A stretch of 64,000 bases of DNA from Octopus vulgaris (lineage: Eukaryota). Both the position numbers and the translations under genes were made by a program. Location of the stretch: assembly GCA_951406725.2 (NCBI GenBank), contig OX597817.1:62992001-63056000 (forward strand). Reading direction: 5' to 3'. Positions 52,260-64,000 of this stretch are shown here, one piece after another. Within the stretch, counting starts at the first letter, position 1. Every line of letters starts with the position of its first letter. Under the pieces are notes generated by a model, which did no database searches, was not told where the DNA came from, and worked only from the letters and a program-made list of their open reading frames with translations.

Positions 52260-52292
52260 GTATCATGAATCCAGAATTCTTTCAAAGCCAAG
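52260..52292 (+). CDS. Candidate 33-nt microexon
   Basis: Pyrimidine tract with TTCATTTCAG|G acceptor and AAG|GTAAGTA donor; open in phase 1 (IMNPEFFQSQ) and phase 2 (YHESRILSKP). Confidence 0.45.
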
Positions 52293-52802
52293 GTAAGTAT
52301 ACTTTCATATAAAAGAACTTTTAAGCAGGTCTTGAGCATCACAAACACTCATCACAACCCCAAAGAGTTTTTAAAAACAGTAAAAGAATACGTGACAACA
52401 ACTTGCAGACCAGCAGAAACAACGAAACAAATGGAAGAAAAAGAAAACAAAAGAGACAAATGATAAATAGAAAACTACCTGATTTTGTTGATACTAGAGA
52501 TTCCGAGAAATTTCGTCAAAATAAACATTGTTGCTAGCAAAATTTCTAATTAGTATTAACAACAATGATTTAAATAAACATTTTGGGCACGTAATTTTCT
52601 CCAACGGATAATGTTTCAGACAGTCACACATTTTTTTGTGTTTCATGCATGTATATATGTCTGTGTAAGCGTGTACACACACAAATACACACACACATAT
52701 ATATACATACGCACGCACACATGCATACACACACACACATATATATATATATATACACCGACGAATATATATAGATGGATGAATAGATACATAGATTAAG
52801 AC

Positions 52803-52898
<96 letters not shown>

Positions 52899-52923
52899 TG
52901 ATGGATTGATTGATTTATTGACT

Positions 52924-52998
<75 letters not shown>
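52803..52998. repeat. (GATA)n microsatellite
   Basis: Direct inspection. Confidence 0.97.
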
Positions 52999-52999
<1 letters not shown>

Positions 53000-53103
53000 T
53001 GCACGCTTATAAGTGTACGTTTATGTCACTGTATATATATACCTTTGCATGAATACGCACGCACATACAAGTACACGTACGTATATACATTCAAACATAT
53101 ATG

Positions 53104-53137
<34 letters not shown>

Positions 53138-53276
53138 CGTGTGTGTGTGTGTGTGAGTGTCTGTGTCTGTGTGTATGTGTGTCTGTGTATGTGTGTGTGT
53201 GCGTGTGTACACACATGCATATATATATAGGTGCATACATGTATGTGTGCATGAGTGTGTGTTTGTGTTTATGTGC

Positions 53277-53307
<31 letters not shown>

Positions 53308-54019
53308 CATGTGTGTGCGCGCGAGAGAGTATGCTTGTGGATGTATGGTATAATTCCCCCCGATGTGAGTTCCGAATACAACCAATGATTTACAGCGAGC
53401 TCTCTGCAAGTCAAGAACTGTGCTCCAGGTTAAATTTTGATTGAAAGGAAACGTGAGAAAAAAAAAGGGGAAAAGAAGCAAAAACAAAATTCGAACTTTA
53501 AAACATATAGGTAAATAGAAAATCTTTTAAAAAATCTATAAAATAAACAGGCAAATAAAGTAAAATTGCTCTAACAAACAAATTTACTTCATCCACGAAT
53601 TTTATAAATTTATTCAACTTTCTAATTGTACTAACATTTATAGACAGTAGCCTCAGGTTAGAGCTTGCTTTACGACAGAGTGACTTGCTTAAGACACGCC
53701 ATAATATAAACACGAAACTTTCAGCTAAAATTTCATCGCGTTTTTACACGATATTTCAGTTTTGATAACATTTTACATTGCTGAAACTTAATAAATAAAT
53801 ACGTCCGTTTTAATTTCTACTTTGCCAAAAGAACTGGGTTAATATCTACTTCAGTGTTGCAAAAAAAAAGAAGAAAAAAAATGGGAAACAACGTTCCACA
53901 ATTTGATACTTTCGTAATTTAACACCCCCGTTCAATTATTGCTTTATTTTGTTTTTTGTTTTGTTTTGCTTTTTTTTGTATATACATGTGTTTAGTTTGT
54001 TTTGTTTGTTTTTTTTGTA

Positions 54020-54456
54020 TGTATGTCTGTGTTTGTCTTCTGCCACCGCTTGACAATCGATGTTGGTTTTGTTACCGTCTCTGTAACATAGCGGTTCAGC
54101 AAAGATACCGACAGAATAAGTACCAGGTTTCAAAAAAGGGTCGAGTCATTCGATTAAACCTCTGCAAGGCGATGCCCCAGCATGGCCGCAGCTTGATGAC
54201 TAGAATATTGTAATTTGTTTTTAATCTGTTTTTGATTATCGTTTACTCTTTTATTCTTTTACTTGTTTCAGTCATTTGACTGCGGCCATGCTGGAGCACC
54301 GCCTTTACTCGAGCAAATCGACCCCAGGACTTATTCTTTGCAAGCCTAGTACTTATTGTATCGGTCTTTTTTGCCGAACCGCTAAGGTACGAGAACGTAA
54401 ACACACCAGCATCGGTTGTCAAGCGATGTTGGGGGGGGGATACAAACACAGACACA

Positions 54457-54522
<66 letters not shown>

Positions 54523-54736
54523 CATATATACGACGTGCTTCTTTCAGTTTCTGTCTACCAAATCCACTCACAAGGCTTTGGTTGGCCCAAGGCTATAGTA
54601 GAAGACACTTGCCCAAGGTGCCACGCAGTATATGCTTAGTTTTTTTTTTGTATGTATGTGTGTCTGTGTTTGTCTCCTGCCACCGCAGCTTGACAATCGA
54701 TGTTGGTTTGTTTCCGTCTCTGTTAACTAGCGGTTA
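54020..54736. mobile_element. Cluster of SINE A pieces: 54020-54205 (+), 54243-54628 (-), 54650-54736 (+)
   Basis: Family A body and tail in alternating orientation. Confidence 0.88.
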
Positions 54737-54774
54737 ACTACACGACGTGCCCAATGTTAGATGACGAAACGATT

Positions 54775-54890
54775 GTAGAGCAGCATGAAATAAAGTGTTT
54801 CGTTGAGGAACACAAACAGAACACCCAGTCTGGGAATTGAAACCACGATCTCTCGATCATGAATGCAAGACCCTAACTACTAATCCATTT
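54775..54890 (-). mobile_element. SINE family D head
   Basis: Reverse TAGTAGTTAGGG / GATCGTGGTTTCAATTCCC. Confidence 0.6.
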
Positions 54891-55309
54891 ATTTCTTTAT
54901 AGACCCACAGTGGGGGAGATAAGCATAGAGGGGACAAACAAGGACAGACAAAGAGATTAAGCCGATTACATCGACCCCAGTGCGTAACTGGTACTTATTT
55001 AATCGAACCCGGAAAGAAGAAAGACAAAGTCGATCTCAGCGGTATTTGAACTCAGAAAGTAACTGCAGACGAAGTACCTATTTCTTTACTACCCACAAGG
55101 GGCTAAACACAGAGGGGACAAACAAGGACAGACAAACGGATTAAGTCGATTACATCGACCCCAGTGCGTAACTGGTACTTATTTAATCGACCCCGAAATG
55201 ATGAAAGGCAAAGTCGACCTTGGCAAATTTGAACTCAGAACGTAACAGCAGACGGCATACCGCTAAGCATTTCGCCCGGAGTGCTAACGTTTCTGCCAGC
55301 TCGCCCCCT
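54887..55309 (-). mobile_element. SINE family B dimer
   Basis: Head at 55309 plus two tandem units. Confidence 0.92.
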
Positions 55310-55332
55310 GCCTGCGCACATTTAGACTGATT

Positions 55333-55755
55333 AAGGCGGTGAGCTGGCAGAAACGTTAGCACGCCGGGCGAAATGCTTAGCGGTATGCCGTCTACCGTTA
55401 CGTTCTAAGTTCAAATTCCGCCGAGGTCGACTTTGCCTTTCATCCTTTCTGGGTCGATAAAGTACCAGTTACGCACTGGGGTCGATGTAATCGACTTAAT
55501 CTCTTTGTCTGTCACCTCTATGTTTAGCCCCTTGTAGACAATAAAGAAATAAGAAACGTTAGCACGCCGGGCGAAATGCAAAGCGGTAAATCGTCTGTCT
55601 TAACGTTCTGTGTTCAAATTCCGACGAGGTGGACTTTGCCTTTCATCCTTTCGGAGTCGATAAATTAAGTACTAGTTGCGTACCGGGGTCGATCTAATCG
55701 ACTGGCCTCTCTCCCCAAAAAATTTCGGGCCTTGTGCCTAAAGTAGAAAAGAATT
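55333..55755 (+). mobile_element. SINE family B dimer
   Basis: Head at 55333; second unit ends GGCCTTGTGCCTAAAGTAGAAAAG. Confidence 0.92.
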
Positions 55756-56164
55756 AATATACTGCTTTAGTGCATTCACTATTCTGCTTTTAAACATCTG
55801 TAGATGAACTACATTTCTGTTTAAGCTTCAATTTCTTAATGTATTAAGTTCTCTATTGTTTTAATATCTTAATATATTTGATTTCGTTTTGTAATAAAAT
55901 ACTTCAGCATTGCTAATGTATTATCATTTATATTTCGTTTCGCATTTATACACCCGCATGTATAAATTATTACATGTGTGTGTGTGTTTGTGTATGTTTG
56001 ATTGGGTGTATGCACGCGTGTGTATGTGTGCGTGTAAGTTTTGTCTGTATTGATGCGTGTGTGTGTCTGTGTGTCTGCGTCTTCCATATTCACAGGAGAT
56101 GCGCGTTCAGCTGTGTATAGGGTTATACATGTATGTGCAAGTATGTATGTTTGTACGTATATAT

Positions 56165-56198
<34 letters not shown>

Positions 56199-56382
56199 AT
56201 GTGTGTGTGTGTGTGTGTTCAAGTGCGTACGGATGTACCTACGTGTATGTTTATCGAGGCGTACATAATGCGTATATATGAAATCAAGAATATACTTAGA
56301 CACATAAGGAGAAATCTATATTTAAATCCAAACGTGTTTGTTAGTGAATTTTATTCTGTGCATGTGTGTATATATATACATT

Positions 56383-56797
56383 ACCCTTTTACCCTTTTAC
56401 CCTTTTACTTGTTTCAGTCATTTGACTGCGGCCATGCTGGGGCACCGCCTTTAATCGAGCAACTCGAACCCGGGACTTATTCTTTTGTAAGCCCAGTACT
56501 TATTCTATCGGTTTCTTTTGCAGAACCGCTAAGTCACGGGGACATAAACACACCAGCATCGGTTGTCAAGCAATGCTAGGGGGACAAACACAGACACACA
56601 CAAACACACACACACACATATATATACATATATACGACGGGCTTCTTTCAGTTTCCGTCTACCAAATCCACTCACAAGGCTTTGGTCGGCCCGAGGCTAT
56701 AGTAGAAGACACTTGCCCAAGGTGCCACGCAGTGGGACTGAACCCGGAAACATGTGGTTGGTAAACAAGCTACTTACCACACACCCACTCCTGCGCA
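56383..56797 (-). mobile_element. SINE family A, young copy
   Basis: Near-consensus reverse copy. Confidence 0.95.
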
Positions 56798-57208
56798 TAT
56801 ATATTTATATATATGATTATAAGGAAAAAGATTTTTCTAATGTATAGACTTCACTTTGAAGTGCTCAAGTTATTCAAACCTGAGGCGTTAGAATAATGCA
56901 GAAGTAAGAATCAAAGTTAGGCAAATCAAGTTCACATATACATTTATATTTATTCAGCCCTTGATCCAACATGCATGAATTTTTCCGAAAGTTTATTCAA
57001 TACTTCAAACATATCAAAAATATATAGATATATAAACATATATAGAGTAATCAATACATTAAAAATATACATATATAAATATATATATTAAAAATATATT
57101 GAAAAAATAAATACATATAGAGGTCAACTCACACATTATAAAACGAATTCATAAAAAGAGTTAAGAGTCTATAATAAAAGAAGTGGCTATTACTAATCCA
57201 ATTGTTAA

Positions 57209-57304
57209 TCCTACGGCCGTTTCTGGAGGTCCGGTTGTCCTCCATATAATAGATGTAAAAAGATATTTACATATATTATAGGACACCACCTTTTTCATTA
57301 GGGA
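57209..57304 (-). ncRNA. Hammerhead motif with 71-nt hairpin stem II, in a pLTR-like fragment (~57115-57310)
   Basis: TCC-CTAATGA-AAAAGGTGGTGTCC-TATAATA-TATGTAAA...TTTACAT-C-TATTATA..GGACAACCGGACCTCCA-GAAAC-GGCC-GTA-GGA. Confidence 0.65.
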
Positions 57305-57432
57305 AAATACATTTCTAGAAATGCTCACATGTACTGGTTAACCCTTGTATGTAGATATATGTGCAGATTTGTGATAGACAGAGACACACAGGCAGATATG
57401 TAGACAGACAGCAGACACACAGACAACACAAC

Positions 57433-57524
<92 letters not shown>
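57433..57524. repeat. (GATA)n microsatellite
   Basis: Direct inspection. Confidence 0.97.
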
Positions 57525-57525
<1 letters not shown>

Positions 57526-58171
57526 TGACTTGCATTTGTTGTGAAATATTATACAGAAATGAAAGGCTTCAATAAAGTAACAGGTCGTATACTTTGGTTT
57601 TCTACTGGATTAAAATAGGAATTAACCAAGTGATAAAGAAGCCCATCGCGAGACAAATATCTTACATAAAGACAAAGCACATTGCCAGTCACAAATTTCG
57701 AAAGCTCGACTTACAGTCGGAAATATAATCAACTTGGCTTTTTCCGAAAGACTTTCAGCAACTTACTGCCATGATTTTTCATTTAATAATTCTAAGTTGA
57801 GACACTTATCTAACACATGAGTCGATATATTATTAAAATTCACACATTAAATCCTGCTGAAATAGCCAGATGCTTAGTTATCACCGGATCGATAAAAAAT
57901 AATCGATATCCGATAGATGACCTTAAAATGCTAAAAGCGAAAATCGATAATGTCTCTTGTCTCTTCCGTTATTTATTAAGTGAAAGACAAATACTAATTT
58001 TGTGACTGTCGTAAAACAATATTGGTTAGTAGTATTAGATATAGCTGTACATCCAAAACAGAAAGAAACAACATTTCTCCGAAACATTTGTTCTTGGAAG
58101 ACTGCCTACCGTAAATTATCACTATACACGAACAGCTTTACATATAACATATATATATATATATATATATA

Positions 58172-58850
58172 TACATAAGAGGTGTTAAAAAATTCCTCAC
58201 TTTTGGTAAAAGAAAATACAAGTGGGTCAGTTAATTATGATTGTCTTCAAGATATTCCCTTCTCAGATTCACACATTTATTGCACCGGTCCTTCAGTTTT
58301 TCTCACCCCAGTAAAAAAACCGGAAGGTTGGACTCCAACCAGGGCTTTCGCCATATCCTTCAAAACCAGATTCACTGCAGTATAGCACTTGAGGACGACT
58401 CCCACATTGTGCTGTGTTATAAAACCCGAAAGTCGTAGACGGGCAAGATGAGTTGCTTTGGATCGAATTCAGGACTGATGGCTACCGGTATTTCACCACT
58501 TCTGTGACTTATTACCACCACGTACCAGAATCAAGGCACATTGAGTTTGAACGATCGATAATGTTTGCACCACTATCACTGCTTTTAATTCGCTATTGAA
58601 TTTAATCTTACATTTCATCGCCGTGGCACGTCAGCAAATAGTCCTTACTGTATTTATATATATTCATAGACTGAAGATTCGATTCGTGCCCGGTTCGATT
58701 CGTACCCTGGCTGTAGAAAAAGACAAGAGGCCCAATAAGAACACTATGATAGAATAAAGGCGTGGGTGGAAATTTCTCTAAACACCTGGTGCAAAATGCG
58801 CCCATTTTTGCTACATCTTTTGCCAAGCAGAACTTGTAAGCCATCATACA
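58172..58850 (-). mobile_element. Internally deleted mariner
   Basis: Reverse EKLKDRCNKCVNLRREYLE C-terminus; decayed TIR-like ends beside TA. Confidence 0.7.
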
Positions 58851-58856
58851 TACATG

Positions 58857-60520
58857 CCAGGTGGTTGTCTACTCCTTGTGCAGAGTTTGACCACCTCTTG
58901 TATCTATACCTTAGAACAATCATGGCATCTGATGTGGCTTGTTAAACCAGACAGTGTTTTGAAAAGATACCCACATAGATTGCTTATCCGATTTGGACCA
59001 CCAAGAGCTGCAGTTAAGTTCTGATCTTTGCGCATCTTAACATGTCTTTTGAGGTCTCCTTTAGATTTGCAAGCCTAGTATACATTGCATTGAAAAGTGT
59101 GCACAGACATATAGGCAGAATAGTTGGTGGAAGTTCGTTTCATATGGTGGAAGTTCGCATATGAGATTTGAGCCCAGCAAAAGAAAGGCATGGTCTGTCA
59201 CAAACTGTGCACACAAAAGATCATTGTGTTTCACCTTCTTGATCATAACTTTCTTCTTTAAATCTCTCTTGAATCTTGCATGCGTTATCCTGGCCATTTC
59301 GAACGCCTAGTATACATTGCATTGAAAAGTGTGCACAGACATATAGGCAGAATAGTTGGTGGAAGTTCGTTTCCCATGCAAGCTCACCATAAAACAGCTG
59401 TTTGGGTGTTCGTTCATCCGCCATTTGAATAATATGGCCACACCATCTCATTTGGTTTTTCAAAATCATTGCTTTAATTAAGGTGATGCCTGCAGACGGA
59501 CGCAAAGACATCTGTGTTTGGAGTAAAATAACTTCATTTAATATTTAAAATGCGATGAAAGCATTTTTTGTGGAATTGTTCTAACAATTTGAAATGCCTT
59601 TCATAACATGCCCATGTTTCAGACGAATACAACAGGGATGAGATGATAAGACAAATGATTTGTAAAGAGCCAATTTTGTATTGTTATTTATATGCTGTTG
59701 GCGCCAAACGCGTGACTCCAAGCCACCAAATGCTTGTACTGCCCTTTGAATTCGCAGATATATTTCTGTGTCCAAATTTCCATCATTTTATACAGACTGG
59801 CATTATTCTAGTCTTGAGGCATTTTCTCAATTCTCCAAGTGACAAATTAACATATTTAAGAGTTCAAGCATTTTGTCACCCCCGTATTTCAAGATCTCTG
59901 CACAGATTCCATCAAACTCTGGAGACTTATTGTTATTCAGCTTATTCACACCTAAATAAATGTCATTTACAGTTGTTCGATTTTTTCTATCATCCTCATG
60001 TCAGCAGATGATGGTCTATTCAAAAGTACAGAAAGACGATCTACCCAGCGCTTATGAATAGAAGCGGTGTCAGTCAGAAACAAACGTCCATTTGCTGTTC
60101 TCACTGGAGCTATTGAAGAAAGATTTAAGGCCATATACCTCCTTAACATAAGATTATAAATCCTTGGCGTCATTTATGTCAACTGTTTCTTGTGCCCCTT
60201 TTGCTCTATCATTCTACCATTCCTGTTTAATTTTCCTTAGAGCAATCTGCACTTTCTCTTTCAGCTTTCTGTAAGCTTCGTTTGAGTTGGAGTTCAAGAA
60301 CTAAGAAAGCAGTGTATTGCCTAAGTTTCGTTTTTCTAAATGTAGATCATGAATTTCTGCTGGTTTATCACTGGACTTGCGTGATTTAAATACCACTGGT
60401 GCACTTCAAGTTGATATTACTGTTTTCGTCCAATCTTCGGGAAACATGACCATACATACACTCTTTTGGTGTGCTGAGCGTTTCACATCCAGGTTTCTTT
60501 GAACTATGTTAGTCTGGCTG
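58857..60520 (-). mobile_element. RTE (BovB-like) LINE relic with deletions
   Basis: RWVDRLSVLLNRPS; EIYLRIQRAVQAFGGLESRVW..TKLALYKSFVLS; MRWCGHIIQMADERTPKQLFYGEL; LCGYLFKTLSGLTSHIRCH. Confidence 0.88.
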
Positions 60521-61274
60521 CTTTGGGGATGTATCAGAGATCGTCAAGAAGAGAGTACCTCCTGAGGAGCTCACTGCAGACAGGAATATGTTCTCTTCGT
60601 TTTTCAGCTCTAAGTTTAAGTACTATTTTTGCTGTTATTGCTTAGCAGGTACTGTCTGAGATAGACTGTACGACATTTGAGCTGCTTGCACTGATCTCAA
60701 GCTTTTATCTCCTTCATCTCTTATTTCGTAGAGCCTGTCGATTTCACTGTTTCTGTGGAAGTTTTCAAACAATGTCAGGATCTTTCCGGTTTTAATATCT
60801 ATGAAGTGGATTTCCTCTACCGGCCAGTCAAGTATACCGAAAGGTGGAATCAACACTGGTATTGCAAATGCATTGTGGAACATTGTCTTATAAAACGGGA
60901 GATTCCGACTGCCACATTTCTCTACGTTTAGTATAATGTTCTCAGGTCACTCTATCTTTACTCACATCATCTTCATATGATATATTTTCCTCGATGTTTA
61001 GGTATTTGCATCATTCTTTTCGTAGAAAGGAAGAGACGGTGAGACCAGTGGTGCTCTGGTTTTGGGTGTGTGGAATTGATTTTCTACGCTCAACAATTAA
61101 ATGCGAACATTTTATTTTTATTTGGTTACATTTCATCCCCATGTCAGCTGAAAATGTTGCTAATTCTAGTTGATTTTTCTTTTCTTTTTGACCTTATTAA
61201 CATTTTAAACAGAAATCTTCATGTCATCCGCAAAGAATCTATGATTTACATTTTATATTTCTAACAGTTGTACA

Positions 61275-62163
61275 TCTAGTACATGTGAGAAATTCTGTCT
61301 TTGGGTGTGTTTCTGGAGTTGTTAGCTAACTCTTCCTACTTCGTTTTATCGATTTTAATGAAACTTGACACGTGACTAGAACTCATCTCTGGAAACCTCA
61401 TGACATATTCAAATTGTTGAAAAATCGATAATAGGGCCCATGGAAGGGATTCTTATATATATCTAATTATTTTATTTTAAAAACCAAGGGAAATAATCCA
61501 TTCACCCCTGGAAGGGATCCTTATATATAGCCAAAGGAAATAACCCATTCATTTTCCTAAATTATTTGGTGAAAATAAAATTGAGTATCCTTATTTCTTA
61601 GTATTTGAGCTGTTAGAGTTATTTTCGTAATTTATCCAGTACAGCCCGTAAACAAGTAAATAGTATTTTCCTAAACAATAGATCCACTTATTTCGGTTAG
61701 TTACTTATTCACGAATATACCAACACTAGCGCCCCTGAGGATAATATTCTCTAGTAACGCACAAAAGCCCTTTTCAGAGTTATTTACTTTGAATTGTTAT
61801 TATCTCATATCTGATTAGCCTGTTATTACGTAACATGCTTCACGATTTTAGTATATATACCTTATTAGTATTTCCTCTTATGTTCTATATACTCGGAGCT
61901 ACTTGATTTGAATTCTTACTATCAGGTAACTAATATCATGTTATTACATAACTGACTTCACAATTTGGGTATTCATAACTTATTGGGAATTCCTAAAACA
62001 AGATCCTGCGTAAGATAGTTCAGTATGCTCTGTAAATACACAAAAACCGTTGTTTTAAGAGCTACATACTTTGTTTTGTTGTTTTGGATTAGCGAAACAA
62101 TTATGAGAACGGAACCAATGGATAAGCCCCGCTTTCCCGAGAATTACCGGGTACGTCAGCTAG
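61275..62163 (+). mobile_element. Non-autonomous Helitron with both termini
   Basis: A|TCTAGTAC...GAGAAATTCTGTCT 5' end; CGATTTTAATGAAACTTG; internal tandem repeats; CCCGAGAATTACCGGG hairpin then CTAG|T. Confidence 0.8.
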
Positions 62164-62299
62164 TCCTATCATGTAGCAATTTGATTATTTTGTCGCAGGA
62201 ATGATAATGGATTTAATTCCAAAATGAACAGAATTACAGAAAGTCTATCTCCTTGCAATAATCATTTCGAAATATCTTATAAAATTGGAGACGGGTGTT

Positions 62300-62800
62300 C
62301 CACTATCAGTTCTAAATGTAAGAATTGATGCCCAGTCTGTGTGAGCCTCTCAGTGGTTGTAACTAAGGTGGCAGGTACTTTTGCCAATTGTAGACACATC
62401 GGCAACCTTAAATGTGGAATAGAACTGAATGTTTTTCCTACCGTCAAGCCTTACTGTCAAAAGTTGTTTGGCGCATTTTCACACTCCCTTCTTTCCTCTT
62501 GCTAGTTCACTAGTCACTAATGTTGAACTAACAATGATCAGGATGAACTGGTTGAAGGAGCTTATATACAGTTTAGGCAAGCAATGGGTCTATGGTTTTC
62601 TTTCATCTCCATGACTTCATACATGGCCACAAGGTTTGTCCATCCTATAGCAAAACGATTTATCATGTCAATCTGACCTTTCATTGCCCTTCTGAATATA
62701 CATATTAAGGGTTTTCTGTAAAATGTCAGTCCCTGATATCAATATCCATCTATTAGGTCTCTTCCAGACGCATTCCAATTATACAGTTAGACTACAGCTA
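62300..62800 (-). mobile_element. Decayed RLE-type (R4-like) RT fragment
   Basis: Reverse ENHRPIACLNCI (NYRPI motif) and RGKKGV*KCAKQLL. Confidence 0.5.
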
Positions 62801-63559
62801 TAGTGAAAGTTTCCAGGTTGTTTATCTATATATCTATGTATGTATCTATATTAAACTACTACTCACCTTGTTTTCTTAATCATACTTGTACATAGCAAAA
62901 TCACGAATAACAGATTTCGTTATATCCAAGCATTGGTATTGATTTTCTAAATCCTTGAATTTTCTATTTTTAAACAACACGCACATTACTTAGACATTTT
63001 TTGCGACGTACCGTTTGAGAACCACTGAGTTACAGACATGATACTATACTAGGCAGTTTGTGCCTTGGAGCTAAGATGGACAGAGAAAAAGATAGAAAGA
63101 AGACGCCAAAGAATGAACAGGAAGATCGTTTGGCAGGACCCAAGCTATGGTACACAACTGCGACAGATGGGGAAAACTTACTATAGTAGATCATGATCGT
63201 ATCCCTACCACCCCGTTGAAGGTTGAGGGCCCAAACAACTCAAATTATTTTATAGGTCGCTCTACCATTCCTCTCAACTTGAGTCTTAAATAAAGTGATT
63301 TTCTTTTTAGTATTCTACAGTAAGTCAAATCTGATCGTGTAGAGATATGATCAAAAGCGTCCCAGTTATGGCTATCCTGTTTTAAAGGTTCTTAGGATCA
63401 GATAATACAATACACCCGTGCCTTCTGATACGGTAAGTTGTAATTTTGAGGGAGATAGACTGCCTACTATTCTTAGTAGCCTCAACGGCCGTAAAGAGCG
63501 TTCTTCTGCAATTTCTTGCAGCCATGACAGTAACGGTAACGGAGGTAATATCATTGGTA

Positions 63560-63566
63560 TTGATGT

Positions 63567-63631
<65 letters not shown>

Positions 63632-64000
63632 GTGATGGTGGTGCTTTTGGTGGTGGTGGTGGTGGTGATGACGACGATGACGACGAGGACGACGACAAAG
63701 ACGACGATGACAACGACGGCAACGACGACGGCAACGACGACGGCAACGACGACGACAACGACGACGATGACAACGACGACGACGATGATGATGATGATGA
63801 TGATGATGACCACGACGACGACGATGGCGGCAGCGGCGACGAAGACGACGACGATGATGATGATCTTGAAGCCGACGACTACGACAATGACGACGACGAC
63901 GACGATGATGATGATGATGTTGATATTGATGATGATGATGATGATGATAATGATGACAATGATAATGCTAATGGTGTTCGTGGAATTGATGGCGACGACT
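63560..64000. repeat. (GAT/GAC/GGT)n compound trinucleotide tract
   Basis: Direct inspection. Confidence 0.95.

Noticed and set aside
57820-57950. Cluster of CGATA/ATCGAT motifs resembling DRE sites
   Set aside because: Compatible with a decayed SINE B central domain, which is rich in TCGA
60635-60883. 82-aa minus ORF upstream of the RTE relic
   Set aside because: No recognisable motif; cannot be assigned to the LINE or to a host gene
63372-63813. Ser/Pro-rich and Ile/Val-rich ORFs
   Set aside because: Compound GAT/GAC/GGT repeat with no supporting splice or domain evidence

Overview
AT-rich, microsatellite-dense eukaryotic DNA. The SINE families and repeat landscape resemble a coleoid cephalopod, probably Octopus; this is inference from family resemblance, not a database match. 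I see no intact, recognisable host gene, and most of the ORF track is translated microsatellite. The window is a transposon graveyard. It holds about 30 copies of four tRNA-derived SINE families and a near full-length but dead R4/Dong-type RLE retrotransposon in an (AAT)n tract. It also holds relics of Tx1/L1, RTE, CR1/L2-group, gypsy, Penelope (GIY-YIG) and Tc1/mariner elements, plus five Helitron-derived pieces. The most interesting signals are: (1) several Penelope-type hammerhead ribozyme motifs, including a family with a greatly extended stem II that shows covariation between copies; (2) a ~540-bp non-coding element that repeatedly sits next to Dong elements in AAT microsatellites; (3) a LINE 3' end matching the tail of the commonest SINE; (4) closely spaced inverted SINE pairs; (5) several locally templated insertion scars; (6) weak candidate exons on both strands.
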